Assembly: GCF_009914755.1 (NCBI RefSeq)
Contig: NC_060933.1
DNA: 64,000 bases
Origin: the human T2T-CHM13v2.0 reference genome, Homo sapiens
Direction: 5' to 3' (one strand)
The first letter of the stretch is position 1. Every line of letters begins with the position of its first letter. The notes under the pieces were generated by a model that did not search any database, was not told where the DNA came from, and saw only the letters and a list, made by a program, of their open reading frames with translations. Positions 42,701 through 58,300 of this stretch are shown piece by piece. A program made the translations under genes and the position numbers.

Positions 42701-43376
42701 GGAATGGAAAGGACTGGAATGGAATGGAATGGAATGGAATCAAGTCGATTGTAATGGAATGGAATGGAATGGAATGGAATGGAATTAACCCGAATACAAT
42801 GGAATGGAATGGAATGGAACGGAATGGAGTGGAATGGAATGGAATCAACCCGAGTGCAGGGGAATGGAGTGGAATGGAATGCAATGGAATGGAATCATCC
42901 GGAATGGAATGGAATGGAATGGAATGCAAAGCAATGGAATCAACTCGATTGCAATGGAATGGAATGGAATGGAAAGGAATACATTGGAATCAACCCGAGT
43001 GGAATGGAATGGAAAGGACTGGAATGGAGTGGAATGGAATGGAATGGAATGGAATGGAATCAACTCGACTGGAATGGAATGGAATGGAATGGAATGGAAT
43101 GGAATTAACCCGAATAAAATGGAATGGAATGGAATGGAACGGAACGGAACGGAACGGAATGGAATGGAATGGAATGGAATGGAATGGAATGGAATGGAAT
43201 GGAATGGAATCAACCCGACTGCAGGGGAATAGAATGGAATGGAATGGAATGCAATGGAATGGATTCAACTTGAATGGAATGGAAGGAATGGAATCAACAC
43301 GAGTGGAAAGGCATGGATTGGAATGGAATGGAATGGAATGAACCCGAGTACAGGGGAATGGAATAGAATGGAATGC
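27761..43376 (+). repeat. Higher-order repeat copy 2 (~15.6 kb), probable recombinant of copies 3 and 1
   Basis: Collinear with copy 1 and lacks the 799 bp segment. Left part shares variants with copy 3, right part shares variants with copy 1. Confidence 0.93.
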
Positions 43377-46300
43377 AATGGAATGGAATCATCCGTAATG
43401 GAATGGAAAGGAATGGAATGGAATGGAATGGAATGGAATGGAATGGAATGGAATCAACTCGATTGCAATCGAATGGAATGGAATGGAATTAACCCGAATA
43501 GAATGGAATGGAATGGAATGGAACGGAACAGAACGGAACGGAACGGAACGGACTGGAAGGGAATGGAATGGAATTGTATGGAATGGAATGGCATGGTACG
43601 GAATAGAATGGAATGGAAAGAATTGGAATGGAATGGAATCGAATGGAATGGAATGGAATGGAATGGAATCAACCCGAGTGCAGGGGAATGTAATGGAACG
43701 GAATGCAATGGAATGGAATCATCCGGAATGGAATGGAATGGAATGGAATGGAATGGAATGGAATGGAAACAACCCGAGTGCAATGGAATGGAGTGGAATG
43801 GAATGGAATTGAATGGAACAACCCGAATGGAATGGAATGTAATGGAGAGTAAGGGAGTTGAATAGAATCAATTCGAATGTAATGGAATGGAACAGAATGG
43901 AACGGAATGGAATGGAATGGAATGGAATGGAATGCTATGGAATGGAATCAACCCGAGTACAATGGAACGGAATGGAATGGAATGTAATGGAATGGAATGG
44001 AATGGAATGGAATGGAATGGAATGGAATTGAATGGAATGGAATGGAATGGAATCAACCCGAGTGCAATGGAATAGAGAGGAATGGAATGGAATGGAATGG
44101 AAACTACCCGAATGGAATGGAATGTAATGGAGTGTAAGGGAATTGAATAGAATCAATCCGAATGGAATGGAATGGAATGGAACGGAATGTAATGGAATGG
44201 AATGGAATGGAATCAACCCGACTGCAGGGGAATGGAATGGAATGGAATGCAATGGAATGGATTCAACTTGAATGGAATGGAAAGAATGGAATCAACACGA
44301 GTGGAATGGCATGGATTGGAATGGAATGGAATGGAATCAACCCGAGCACAGGGGAATGGAATGGAATGGAATGCAATGGAATGGAATCATCCGTAATGGA
44401 ATGGAAAGGAATGGAATGGAATGGAATGGAATGGAATGGAATGGAATCAACTCGATTGCAATCGAATGGAATGGAATGGAATTAACCCGAATAGAATGGA
44501 ATGGAATGGAATGGAACGGAACGGAATGGAATGCAATGGAATGGAATGGAATGGAACGGAACGGAACGGAATGGAATGGAATGGAATGGAATGGAATGGA
44601 ATCAACGCGAGTGCAGGGGAATGGAATGGAATGGAATGCTATGGAATGGAATCTTCCGGAATGGAATGGAATGGATTGGAATGGAATGAAATGCAATGGA
44701 TTCAACTCGATTGCAATGGAATGGAATAGAATGGAATGGAATGGAATGTAATGGAATTAATCCGAATAGAATGGAATGGAATGGAATGGAACGGAATGGA
44801 ACGGAATGGAATGGAATGGAATGGAATGGAATGGTATGGAATCGATTGGAATGGTACGGAATAGAATGGAATGGAACGAATTGTAATGGAATGGAATTGA
44901 ATGGAATGGAATGGAATGGAATGGAATCAACGCGAGAGCATGGGAATGTAAAGGAAAGGAATGCAATGGAATGGAATCATCCGGAATGGAATGGAATGGA
45001 ATGGAATGGAATGGAATGGAATGGAATCAACCCGAGTGCAGGGGAATGTAATGGAACGGAATGCAATGGAATGGAATCATCCGGAATGGAATGGAATGGA
45101 ATGGAATGGAATCAACCCGAGTGCAATGGAATGGAATGGAATGGAATGGAATGGAATGGAACAACCCGAATGGAATGGAATGTAATGGAGAGTAAGGGAG
45201 TTGAAAAGAATCAATCCGAATGTAATGGAATGGAATGGAACGGAATGGAATGGAATGGAATGCAATGGAATGGAATCAACCCGAGTACAATGGAATGGAA
45301 TGGAATGGAATGGAATGGTAAGGAATGGAATGCAATGGAATGGAATCTTCCGGATTGGAATGGAATGGAATGGAATGGAATGGAATCGAATGCAATGGAT
45401 TCAACTCGATTGCAATGGAATGGAATAGAATGGAATGGAATGGAATGGAATGGAATTAAACCGAATAGAATGGAATGGAATGGAATGGAACGGAACGGAA
45501 CGGAACGGAACGGAGTGGAATGGAATGGAATGGAATTCTATGGAATGGAATGGAATGGTACGGAATAGAATGGAATGGAAAGAATTGGAATGGAATGGAA
45601 TGGAATGGAATGGAATGGAATGGAATGGAATCAACCCGAGTGCAGGGTAATGTAATTGAACGGAATGCAATAGAATGGAATCATCCGGAATGGGATGGAA
45701 TGGAATGGAATGGAATGGAATGGAATGGAATCAACCCGAGTGCAATGGGATGGAGTGGATTGGAATGGAATGGAATGGAACAACCCGAATGGAATGGAAT
45801 GTAATGGAGAGTAAGGGAGTTGAATAGAATCAATCCGAATGTAATGGAATGGAATGCAACGGAATGGAATGGAATGGAATGGAATGGAATGCAATGGAAT
45901 GGAATCAACCCGAGTACAATGGAATGGAAAGGAATGGAATGGAATGGAATGGAATGGAATGGAATGGAATGCCTTCAAACCGAATGGAATCGAAAGGAAT
46001 GGAATCAACACGAGTGGAATGGAATGGAATGTAATGGAATGGAATGGAATGGAATGGAATGGAATAGAATGATACGGAATAGAATGGAATGGAACGAAAT
46101 GGAATGGAATGGAATGGAATGGAATGGAATGGAATCGTTCCGAGTGGAATAGGAGGGAATGTATACAAGTGGAATGGAAAGGAATTGAATCAACCAGAGT
46201 GGAATGGAAGGGAATGGAATGGAATGGAAAGGAATGGAATGGAAAGGAATGGAATGGAATGGAATGGAATGGAATGGAATGGAATGGAATGGAATCAACG

Positions 46301-49300
46301 CGAGTGCAGGGGAATGGAATGGAATCGAATGGAATGGAATGGAATGGAATGGAATCAACCCGAATGCAGGGGAATGTAATGGAACGGAATGCAATGGAAT
46401 GGAATCATCCGGAATGGAACGGAATGGAATGGAATGGAATCAACCCGAGTGCAATGGAATGGAGTTGAATGGAATGGAATGGAATGGAACAACCCGAATT
46501 TAATGGAATGTAATGGAGAGTAAGGGAGTTGAAAAGAATCAATCCGAATGTAATGGAATGGAATGGAACGGAATGGAATGGAATGGAATGGAATGCAATG
46601 TAATGGAATCAACCCGAGTACAATGGAATGGAATGGAATGGAATGGAATGGAGTGGAATGGAATGGAATGGAAACTACCCGAATGGAATGGAATGTAATG
46701 GAGTGTAAGGGAATTGAATAGAATCAATCCGAATGGAATGGAATGGAATGGAACGGAATGTAATGGAATGGAATGGAATGGAATCAACCCGAGTGCAGGG
46801 GAATGGAATGGAATGGGATACAATGGAATGGAATCATCCGCAATGGAATGGAATGGAATGGAATGGAATGGAATGGAATGGAATGGAATCAACCCGAGTG
46901 CAATGGAATGGAGTGAAATGGAATGCAATGGAATGGAGACAACCAGAATGGATTGGAATATAATGGAGTGTAAGGGAATTGAATAGAATCAATCTGAATG
47001 TAATGAAATGGAATGGAACGGAATGGAATGGAATAAACCCGAGTACAATGGAATGGAATGGAATGGAATGGAATGGAATGGAATGGAATGGAATGGAATG
47101 GAATGCAATGGAATGGAATCTTCCGGAATGGAATGGAATGGAATGGAATGGAATGGAATGCAATGGATTCAACTCGATTGCAATGGAATGGAATAGAATG
47201 GAATGGAATGGAATGGAATGGAATTAAACCGAATAGAATGGAATGGAATGGAATGGAACGGAAAGGAACGGAACGGAACGGAACGGAACGGAGTGGAATG
47301 GAATGGAATGGAATTGTATGGAATGGAATGGAATGGTACAGAATAGAATGGAATGGAAAGAATTGCAATGGAATGGAATGGAATGGAATGGAATGGAATG
47401 GAATGGTATCAACCAGAGTGCAGGGGAATGTAATGGAACGGAATGCAATCGAATGGAATCATCCGGAATGGAATGGAATGGAATGGAATGGAATCCAATG
47501 GAATCAACCCGAGTGCAATGGAATGGAGTGGAATGGAATGGAATGGAATGGAACAACCCGAATGGAATGGAATATAATGGAGAGTAAGGGAGATGAATAG
47601 AATCAATCCGAATGTAATGGAATGGAAAGGAATGGAATGGAATGGAATGGAATGGAATGGAATGGAATGGAATGCAATGGAATGGAATCAACCCGAGTAC
47701 AATGGAACGGAATGGAATGGAATGGAATGGAATGGAATGGAATGGAATGGAATGGAATGGAATCAACCCGAGTGCAATGGAATGGAGAGGAATGGAATGG
47801 AATGGAATGGAAACTACCCGAATGGAATGGAATGTAATGGAGTGTAAGGCAATTGAATAGAATCAATCCGAATGGAATGGAATGGAATGGAACGGAATGT
47901 AATGGAATGGAATGGAATGGAATCAACCCGAGTGCAGGGGAATGGAATGGAATGGAATGCAATGGAATGGAATCATCCGGAATGGAATGGAATGGAATAC
48001 AATGGAATGGAATGGAATGGAATGGAATGGAATGATACGGAATAGAATGGAATGGAACGAAATGGAATGGAATGGAATGGAATGGAAAGGAATGGAATGG
48101 AATCGTTCCAAGTGGAATAGGAGGGAATGTATTCGAGTGGAATGGAAAGCAATGTAATCAACCAGAGTGTAATGGAAGGGAATGGAATGGAATGGAAACT
48201 AATAGAATGGAATCAACCCGAGTGGAATGGAATGGAAAGGACTGGAATGGAATGGAATGGAATGGAATCAACTCGATTGTAATGGAATGGAATGGAATGG
48301 AATGGAATGGAATGGAATGGAATTAACCCGAATACAATGGAATGGAATGGAATGGATCGGAATGGAGTGGAATGGAATGGAATCAACCCGAGTGCAGGGG
48401 AATGGAATGGAATGGAATGCAATGGAATGGAATCATCCGGAATGGAATGGAATGGAATGCAATGGAATGGAATGGAATGGAATCAACCAGAGTGCAATGG
48501 AATGGAGTGAAATGGAATGGAATGGAATGGAGACAACCAGAATGGGTTGGAATAGAATGGAGTGTAAGGGAATTGAATAGAATCAATCTGAATGTAATGA
48601 AATGGAATGGAATGGAATGGAATGGAATGAAATGGAATCAACCCCTGTGCAATCGAATGGAATCGAATGTAATGGAAAGCAATGGAATGGATTCAACTTG
48701 AATGGAATGGAAAGAATGGAATCAACACGAGTGGAATGGCATGGATTGGAATGGAATGGAATGGAATCAACCCGAGTACAGGGGAATGGAATAGAATGGA
48801 ATGCAATGGAATGGAATCATCCGTAATGGAATGGAAAGGAATGGAATGGAATGAAATGGAATGGAATGGAATGGAATCAACTCGATTGCAATCGAATGGA
48901 ATGGAATGGAATTAACCCGAATAGAATGGAATGGAATGGAATGGAACGGAATGGAATGGAATGGAATGGAATGGAATGGAATGGAATGGAATGGAACGGA
49001 AAGGAAGGGAATGGAATGGAATAGAATGGAATGGAATGGAATCAACGCGAGTGTAGGGGAATGGAATGGAATGGAATGCAATGGAATGGAATCTTCCGGA
49101 ATGGAATGGAATGGAATCAACTCGATTGCAATCGAATGGAATGGAATGGAATTAACCCGAATAGAATGGAATGGAATGGAATGGAACGGAACGGAATGGA
49201 ATGGAATGGAATGGAATGGAATGGAATGGAACGGAAAGGAAGGGAATGGAATGGAATAGAATGGAATGGAATGGAATCAACGCGAGTGCAGGGGAATGGA

Positions 49301-52300
49301 ATGGAATGGAATGCAATGGAATGGAATCTTCCGGAATGGAATGGAATGGAATGGAATGGAATGGAATCAACCCGAGTGCAATGGAATGGAGTGGAATGGA
49401 ATGGAATGGAATGGAACAACCCGAATGGAATGGAATGTAACGGAGAGTAAGGGAGTTGAATAGAATCAATCCGAATGTAACGGAATGGAATGGAACGGAA
49501 TGGAATTGAATGGAATGGAATGGAATGCAATGGAATGGAATCAACCCGAGTGCAATGGAATGGAGAGGAATGGAATGGAATGGAATGGAAACTACCCGAA
49601 TGGAATGGAATGTAATGGAGTGTAAGGGAATTGAATAGAATCAATCCGAATGTAATGGAATGGAATGGAACGGAATGGAATGGAATGGAATGGAATGGAA
49701 TGGAATGGAATGGAATGCAATGGAATGCAATCAACGCGAGTGCAATCGAATGGAATCGAATGGAATGGAATGCAATGGAATGGATTCAACTTGAATGGAA
49801 TGGAAAAAATGGAATCAACACGAGTGGAATGGCATGGATTGGAATGGAATGGAATGGACTCAACCCGAGTACAGGGGAATGGAATGGAATGGAATGCAAT
49901 GGAATGGAATCATCCGTAATGGAATGGAAAGGAATGGAATGGAATGGAATGGAATGGAATGGAATCAACTCGATTGCAATCGAATGGAATGGAATGGAAT
50001 TAACTCGAATAGAATGGAATGGAATGGAATGGAAGAGAACGGAATGGAATGGAATGGAATGGAATGGAAAGGAACGGAACGGAATGGAATGGAGTGGAAT
50101 GGAATGGAATGGAATCAACGCGAGTGCAGGGGAATGGAATGGAATGGAATGCAATGGAATGGAATCTTCCGGAATGGAATGGAATGGAATGGAATGGAAT
50201 GAAATGCAATGGATTCAACTCGATTGCAATGGAATGGAATAGAATGGAATGGAATGGAATGGAATGGAATTAACCCGAATACAATGGAAAGGAATGGAAT
50301 GGAACGGAATGGAGTGGAATGGAATGGAATCAACCCGAGTGTAGGGGAATGGAATGGAATGGAATGCAATGGAATGGAATCATCCGGAATGGAATGGAAT
50401 GGAATGCAATGGAATTGAATGGAATGGAATCAACCAGAGTGCAATGGAATGGAGTGAAATGGAATGGAATGGAATGGAGACAACAAGAATGGATTGGAAT
50501 ATAATGGAGTGTAAGGGAATTGAACAGAATCAATCTGAATGTAATCAAATGGAATGGAACGGAATGGAATGGAATGGAATGGAATGCAATGGAATGGAAT
50601 CAACCCGAGTGCAATCGAATGGAATCGAATGGAATGGATTGCAACGGAATGGATTCAACTTGAATGGAATGGAAAGAATGGAATCAACACGAGTGGAATG
50701 GCATGGATTGGAATGAAATGGAATGTAATCAACCCGAGTACAGGGGAATGGAATGGAATGGAATGCAATGGAATGGAATCATCCGTAATGGAATGGAAAG
50801 GAATGGAATGGAATGGAATGGAATGGAATGGAATGGAATGGAATGGAATCAACTCGATTGCAATCGAATGGAATGGAATGGAATTAACCCGAATAGAATG
50901 GAATGGAATGGAATGGAACGGAACGGAACGGAACGGAATGGAATGGAATGGAATGGAACGGAAAGGAAGGGAATGGAATGGAATAGAATGGAATGGAATG
51001 GAATCAACGCGAGTGCAGGGGAATGGAATGGAATGGAATGCAATGGAATGGAATCTTCCGGAATGGAATGGAATGGAATGGAATGGAATGGAATGGAATG
51101 GAATGGAATGAACCCGAGTGCAATGGAATGGAGTGGAATGGAATGGAATGGAATGGAACAACCCGAATGGAATGGAATGGAATGGAGTGTAAGGGAGTTG
51201 AATAGAATCAATCCGAATGTAATGGAATGGAATGGAACGGAATGGAATTGAATGGAATGGAATGGAATGCAATGGATTGGAATCAACCCGAGTGCAATGG
51301 AATGGAAAGGAATGGAATGGAATGGAATGGAAACTACCCGAATGGAATGGAATGTAATGGAGTGTAAGGGAATTGAATAGAATCAATCCGAATGTAATGG
51401 AATGGAATGGAACGGAATGGAATGGGATGGAATGGAATGGAATGGAATGCAATGGAATGGAATCAACCCGAGTGCAATCGAATGGAATCGAATGGAATGG
51501 AATGCAATGGAATGGATTCAACTTGAATGAAATGGAAAGAATGGAATCAACACGAGTGGAATGGCATGGATTGGAATGGAATGGAATGGAATCAACCCGA
51601 GTACAGGGGAATGGAATGGAATGGAATGCAATGGAATGGAATCATCCGTAATGGAATGGAAAGGAATGGAATGGAATGGAATGGAATGGAATGGAATCAA
51701 CTCGATTGCAATGGAATGGAATGGAATGGAATTAACCCGAATAGAATGGAATGGAATGGAATGGAACAGAACGGAATGGAATGAAATGGAATGGAACGGA
51801 ACGGAACGGAATGGAATGGAATGGAATGGAATGGAATGGAATGGAATGGAATGGAATCAATCCGAGTGCAGGGGAAAGGAATGGAATGGAATGCAATGGA
51901 ATGGAATGGAATGGAATGGAATGGAATGGAATGGAATGGAATGGAATCAACCCGAGTAGAATGGCATGGAATGGAATGCAATGGAATGGAATGGAATGGA
52001 ATCAACTCGAGTAGAAAGGAATGGAATGGAATGGAATGGAATGGAATGAAATCAACTCGAGTGGAATGGAATGGAACGGAATGGATTGGAATGGATTGCA
52101 ATGGAATGAAATGGAATGGAATCAATCATTCCGAGTGGAATGGAAGGGAATGTAATGGAGTGGAAAGAAGGGAAGGTAATCAACCCGAGTGGAATGCAAG
52201 GCAATGGAATGGAATGGAAAGGAATGGAATGGAATCAACTCGATTGCAATTGAATGGAATGTAATGGAATGGAATGGAAAGGAATGGAATGGAAAGAAAT

Positions 52301-55300
52301 GGAATGGAATGGAATGCAATGGAATGGAATCAACCCGGGTGCAATCGAATGGAATCGAATGGAATGGAATGCAATGGAATGGATTCTACTTCAATGGAAT
52401 GGAAAGAATGGAATCAACACGAGTGGAATGGCATGGATTGGAATGGAATGGAATGGAATCAACCCGAGTACAGGGGAATGGAATGGAATGGAATGCAATG
52501 GAATGGAATCATCCGTAATGGAATGGAAAGGAATGGAATGGAATGGAATGGAATGGAATCAACTCGATTGCAATCGAATGGAATGGAATGGAATTAACCC
52601 GAATAGAATGGAATGGAATGGAATGGAACGGAACGGAACGGAATGGAATGGAATGGAATGGAATGGAATGGAATTTAATGGAACGGAAAGGAATGGAATG
52701 GAATGGAATGGAATGGAATGGAATGGAATGGAATCAACGGGAGTGCAGGGGAATGCAATGTAATGGAATGCAATGGAATGGAATCTTCCGCAAAGGAATG
52801 GAATGGAATGGAATAAACCCGAGTGCAATGGAATGGAGTGGAATGGAATGGAATGGAATGGAACAACCCGAATGGAATCGAATGTAATGGAGAGTAAGGG
52901 AGTTGAATAGAATCAATCCGAATGTAATGGAATGGAATGGAACGGAATGGAATTGAATGGAATGGAATGGCATGCAATGGAATGGAATCAACCCGAGTGC
53001 AATGGAATGGAGAGGAATGGAAAGGAATGGAGTAGAAACTACCCGAATGGAATGGAATGTAATGGAGTGTAAGGGAATTGAATAGAATCAATCCGAATGT
53101 AATGGAATGGAATGGAACGGAATGGAATGGAATGGAATGGAATGGAATGGAATGGAATCTTCCGGAATGGAATGGAATGGAATGGAATGGAATGGAATGC
53201 AATGGATTCAACTCGATTGCAATGGAATGGAATAGAATGGAATGGAATGGAATGGATTGGAATTAACCCGAATAGAATGGAATGGAATGGAATGGAACGG
53301 AATGGAACGGAATGGAATGGAATGGAATGGAATGGAATGGTATGGAATGGAATGGAATGGTACGGAATAGAATGGAATGGAACGAATTGTAATGGAATGG
53401 AATTGAATGGAATGGAATGGAATCAACGCGAGTGCAGGGGAGTGTAATGGAACGGAATGCAATGGAATGGAATCATCCGGAATGGAATGGAATGGAATGC
53501 AATGGAATGGAATCAACCCGAGTGCAATGGAATGGAGTGGAATGGAATGGAATGGAATGGAACAACCCGAATGGAATGGAATGCAATGGAGAGTAAGGGA
53601 GTTGAATAGAATCAATCCGAATGTAATGGAATGGAATGCAACGGAATGGAATGGAATGGAATGGAATGGAATGCAATGGAATGGAATCAACCCGAGTACA
53701 ACGGAATGGAATGGAATGGAATGGAATGGAATGGAATGCCTTCAAACCGAATGGAATGGAAAGGAATGGAATCAACACGAGTGGAATGGAATGGAATGGA
53801 ATGATACGGAATAGAATGGAATGGAACGAAATGGAATGGAATGGAATGGAATGGAATGGAATGGAATGGAATGGAATGGAATCAACTCGATTGTAATGGA
53901 ATGGAATGGAATGGAATGGAATGGAATGGAATAGAATTAACCCGAATACAATGGAATGGAATAGAATGGAACGGAATGGAGTGGAATGGAATGGAATCAA
54001 CCCGAGTGCAGGGGAATGGAATGGAATGGAATGCAATGGAATGGAATCGTCCGGACTGGAATGGAATGGAATGGAATGCAAAGCAATGGAATCAACTCGA
54101 TTGCAATGGAATGGAATGGAATGGAAAGGAATACATTGGAATCAAGCCGAGTGGAATGGAATGGAAAAGAGTGGAATGGAGTGGAATGGAATGGAATGGA
54201 ATGGAATGGAATCAACTCGATTGGAATGGAATGGAATGGAATGGAATGGAATGGATTTAACCCGAATAGAATGGAATGGAATGGAATGGAACGGAACGGA
54301 ATGGAATGGAATGGAATGGAATGCAATAGAATGGATTCAACTTGAATGGAATGGAAAGAATGGAATCAACACGAGTGGAATGGCATGGATTGGAATGGAA
54401 TGGAATGGAATCAACCCGAGTACAGGGCAATGGAATGGAAAGGAATGTAATGGAATGGAATCATCCGTTATGAAATGGAAAGGAATGGAATGGAATGGAA
54501 TGGAATGGAATGGAATGGAATGGAATCAACTCGATTGCAATCGAATGGAATGGAATTGAATTGACCCGAATAGAATGGAATGTAATGGAATGGAACGGAA
54601 CGGAACGGAACGGAATGGAATGGAATGGAATGGAATGGAATGGAATGGAATGGAACGGAAAGGAATGGAATGGAATGGAATGGAATGGAATGGAATTGAA
54701 TGGAATGGAATGGAACGGAACGGAACGGAATGGAATGGAATGGAATGGAATGGAATGGAATGGAACGGAAAGGAATGGAATGGAATGGAACGGAATGGAA
54801 TGGAATGGAATGGAATGGAATCAACATGAGTGCAGGGGAATGGAATGGAATGGAATGCAATGGAATGGAATCTTCCGGAATGGAATGGAATGGAATGGAA
54901 TGGAATGGAATGGAATGGAATGGAATCAACCCGAGTGCAATCGAATGGAGTGGAATGGAATGGAATGGAATGGAACAACCCGAATGGAATGGAATGTAAT
55001 GGAGAGTAAGGGAGTTGAATAGAATCAATCCGAATGTAATGGAATGGAATGCAACGGAATGGAATGGAATGGAATGGAATGGAATGCAATGGAATGGAAT
55101 CAACCCGAGTGCAATGGAATGGAGAGGAATGGAATGGAATGGAATGGAAACTACCCCAATGGAATGGAATGGAATGGAGTGTAAGGGAATTGAATAGAAT
55201 CAATCCGAATGTAATGGAATGGAATGGAACGGAATGGAATGGAATGGAATGGAATGCAATGGAATGGAATGATACGGAATAGAAAGGAATGGAACGAAAT

Positions 55301-58300
55301 GGAATGGAATGGAATGGAATGGAATGGAATGGAATGGAATGGAATCGTTCCGAGTGGAATAGGAAGGAATGTATTCGAGTGGAATGGAAAGGAATGGATT
55401 CAACCAGAGTAGAAAGGAAGGGAATGGAATGGAATGGAAACTAATAGAATGGAATCAACCCGAGTGGAATCGAATGGAAAGGACTGGAATGGAAAGGAAT
55501 GGAATGGAATGGAATGGAATGAACGCGAGTGCAGGGGAATGGAATGGAATCGAATGGAATGGAATGGAATGGAATGGAATCAACCCGAGTGCAGGAGAAT
55601 GTAATGGAACGGAATGCAATGGAATGGAATCATCCGGAATGGAATGGAATGGATTGGAATAGAATCAACCCGAGTGCAATGGAATGGAGTGGAATGGAAT
55701 GAAATGGAATGGAACAACCCGAATGGAATGGAATGTAATGGAGAGTAAGGGAGTTGAAAAGAATCAATCCGAAAGTAATGGAATGGAATGGAATGGAATG
55801 GAATGGAATGGAATGCAATGGAATGGAATCAACCCGAGTACAATGGAATGGAATGGAATGGAAAGGAATGGAATGGAATGGAATGCAATGGAATGGAATC
55901 TTCCGGAATGGAATGGAATGGAATGGAATGGAATGGAATGGAATGGAATGCAATGGATTCAACTCGATTGCAATGGAATGGAATAGAATGGAATGGAATG
56001 GAATGGAATGGAATGGAATGGAATTAAACCGAATAGAATGGAATGGAAATGAATGGAAGGGAACGGAACGGAACGGAACGGAACGGAGTGGAATGGAATG
56101 GAATGGAATTGTATGGAATGGAATGGCTTGGTACGGAATAGAATGGAATGGAAAGAATTGGAATGGAATGGAATGGAATGGAATGGAATGGAATGGAATG
56201 GAATGGAATCAACCTGAGTGCAACGGAATGGAGTGGAATGGAATGGAATGGAATGGAACAACCCGAATGGAATGGAATGTAATGGAGAGTAAGGGAGTTG
56301 AATAGAATCAATCCGAATGTAATGTAATGGAATGGAACGGAATGGAATTGAATGGAATGGAATGGAATGCAATGGAATGGAATCAACCCGAGTGCAATGG
56401 AATGGAGAGGAATGGAATGGAATGGAATTGAAACTACCCGAATGGAATGGAATGTAATGGAGTGTAAGGGAATTGAATAGAATCAATCCGAATGGAATGG
56501 AATGGAATGGAACGGAATGTAATGGAATGGAATGGAATGGAATCAACCCGAGTGCAGGGGAATGGAATGGAATGGAATGCAATGGAATGGAGTCATCCGT
56601 AAGGGAATGGAAAGGAATGGAATGGAATGGAATGTTACGGAATAGAATGGAATGGAAAGAATTGTAATGGAATGGAATCGAATGGAATGGAATGGAATGC
56701 AATGGAATGAAACCGAGTGCAGGGGAATGTAATGGAACGGAATGCAGTGGAATGGAGTCATCCGTAAGGGAATGGAAAGGAATGGAATGGAATGGAATGG
56801 AATGGAATGGAATGGAATCAACTCGATTGCAATCGAATGGAATGGAACGGAATTAACCCGAATAGAATGGAATGGAATGGAATGGAACGGAACAGAATGG
56901 AATGCAATGGAATGGAATGGAACGGAAAGGAAGGGAATGCAATGGAATAGAATGGAATGGAATGGAATCAACGCGAGTGCAGGGCAATGGAATGGAATGG
57001 AATGCAATGGAATGGAATCTTCCGGAATGGAATGGAATGGAATGTAATGGAATGGAATGGAATCAACCCAAGTGCAATGGAATGGAGTGGAATGGAATGG
57101 AATGGATTGGAACAACCCGAATGGAATGGAATGTAATGGAGAGTAAGGGAGTTGAATAGAATCAATCCGAATGTAATGGAATGGAATGGAACGGAATGGA
57201 ATTGAATGGAATGGAATGGAATGCAATGGAATGGAATCAACCCGAGTGCAATGGAATGGAGAGGAATGGAATGGAATGGAATGGAAACTACCCGAATGGA
57301 ATGGAATGTAATGGAGTGTAAGGGAATTGAATAGAATAAATCCGAATGTAATGTAATGGAATGGAATGGAATGGAATGGAATGGAATGGAATTAACCCGA
57401 ATAGAATGGAATGGAATGCAATGGAACTGAATGGAACGGAATGGAATGGAATGGAATGGAATGGAATGGAATGGTATGGAATGGAATGGAATGGTACGGA
57501 ATAGAATGGAATGTAACGAATTGTAATGGAATGGAATTGAATGGAATGGAATGGAATCATCGCGAGTGCAGGGGAATGTAATGGATCGGAATGCAATGGA
57601 ATGGAATCATCCGGAATGGAATGGAATGGAATGGAATGGAATGGAATGGAATGGAATCAACCCGAGTGCAATGGAATGGAGTGGAATGGAATGGATTGGA
57701 ATGGAACAACCCGAATTGAATGGAATGTAATGGAGAGTAAGGGAGTTGAATAGAATCAATCCGAATGTAATGGAATGGAATGCAACGGAATGGAATTGAA
57801 TGGAATGGAATGGAATGAAATGGAATGCAATCAACCCGAGTACAATGGAATGGAATGGAATGGAATGGAATGGAATGCCTTCAAACCGAATGGAATGGAA
57901 AGGAATGGAATCAACACGAGTGGAATGGAATGGAATGGAATGGAATGGAATGATACGGAATAGAATGGAATGGAACGAAATGCAATGGAATGGAATGGAA
58001 TGGAATGGAATGGAATCGTTCCGAGTGGAATAGGAGGGAATGTATTCGAGTGGAATGGAAAGGAATGGAATCAACCAGAGTGGAATGGATGGGAATGGAA
58101 TGGAATGGAAACTGATAGAATGGAATCAACCCGAGTGGAATGGAATGGAAAGGACTGGAATGGAATGGAATGGAATGGAATCAAGTCGATTGTAATGGAA
58201 TGGAATGGAATGGAATGGAATGGAATTAACCCGAATACAATGGAATGGAATGGAATGGAACGGAATGGAGTGGAATGGAATGGAATCAACCCGAGTGCAG

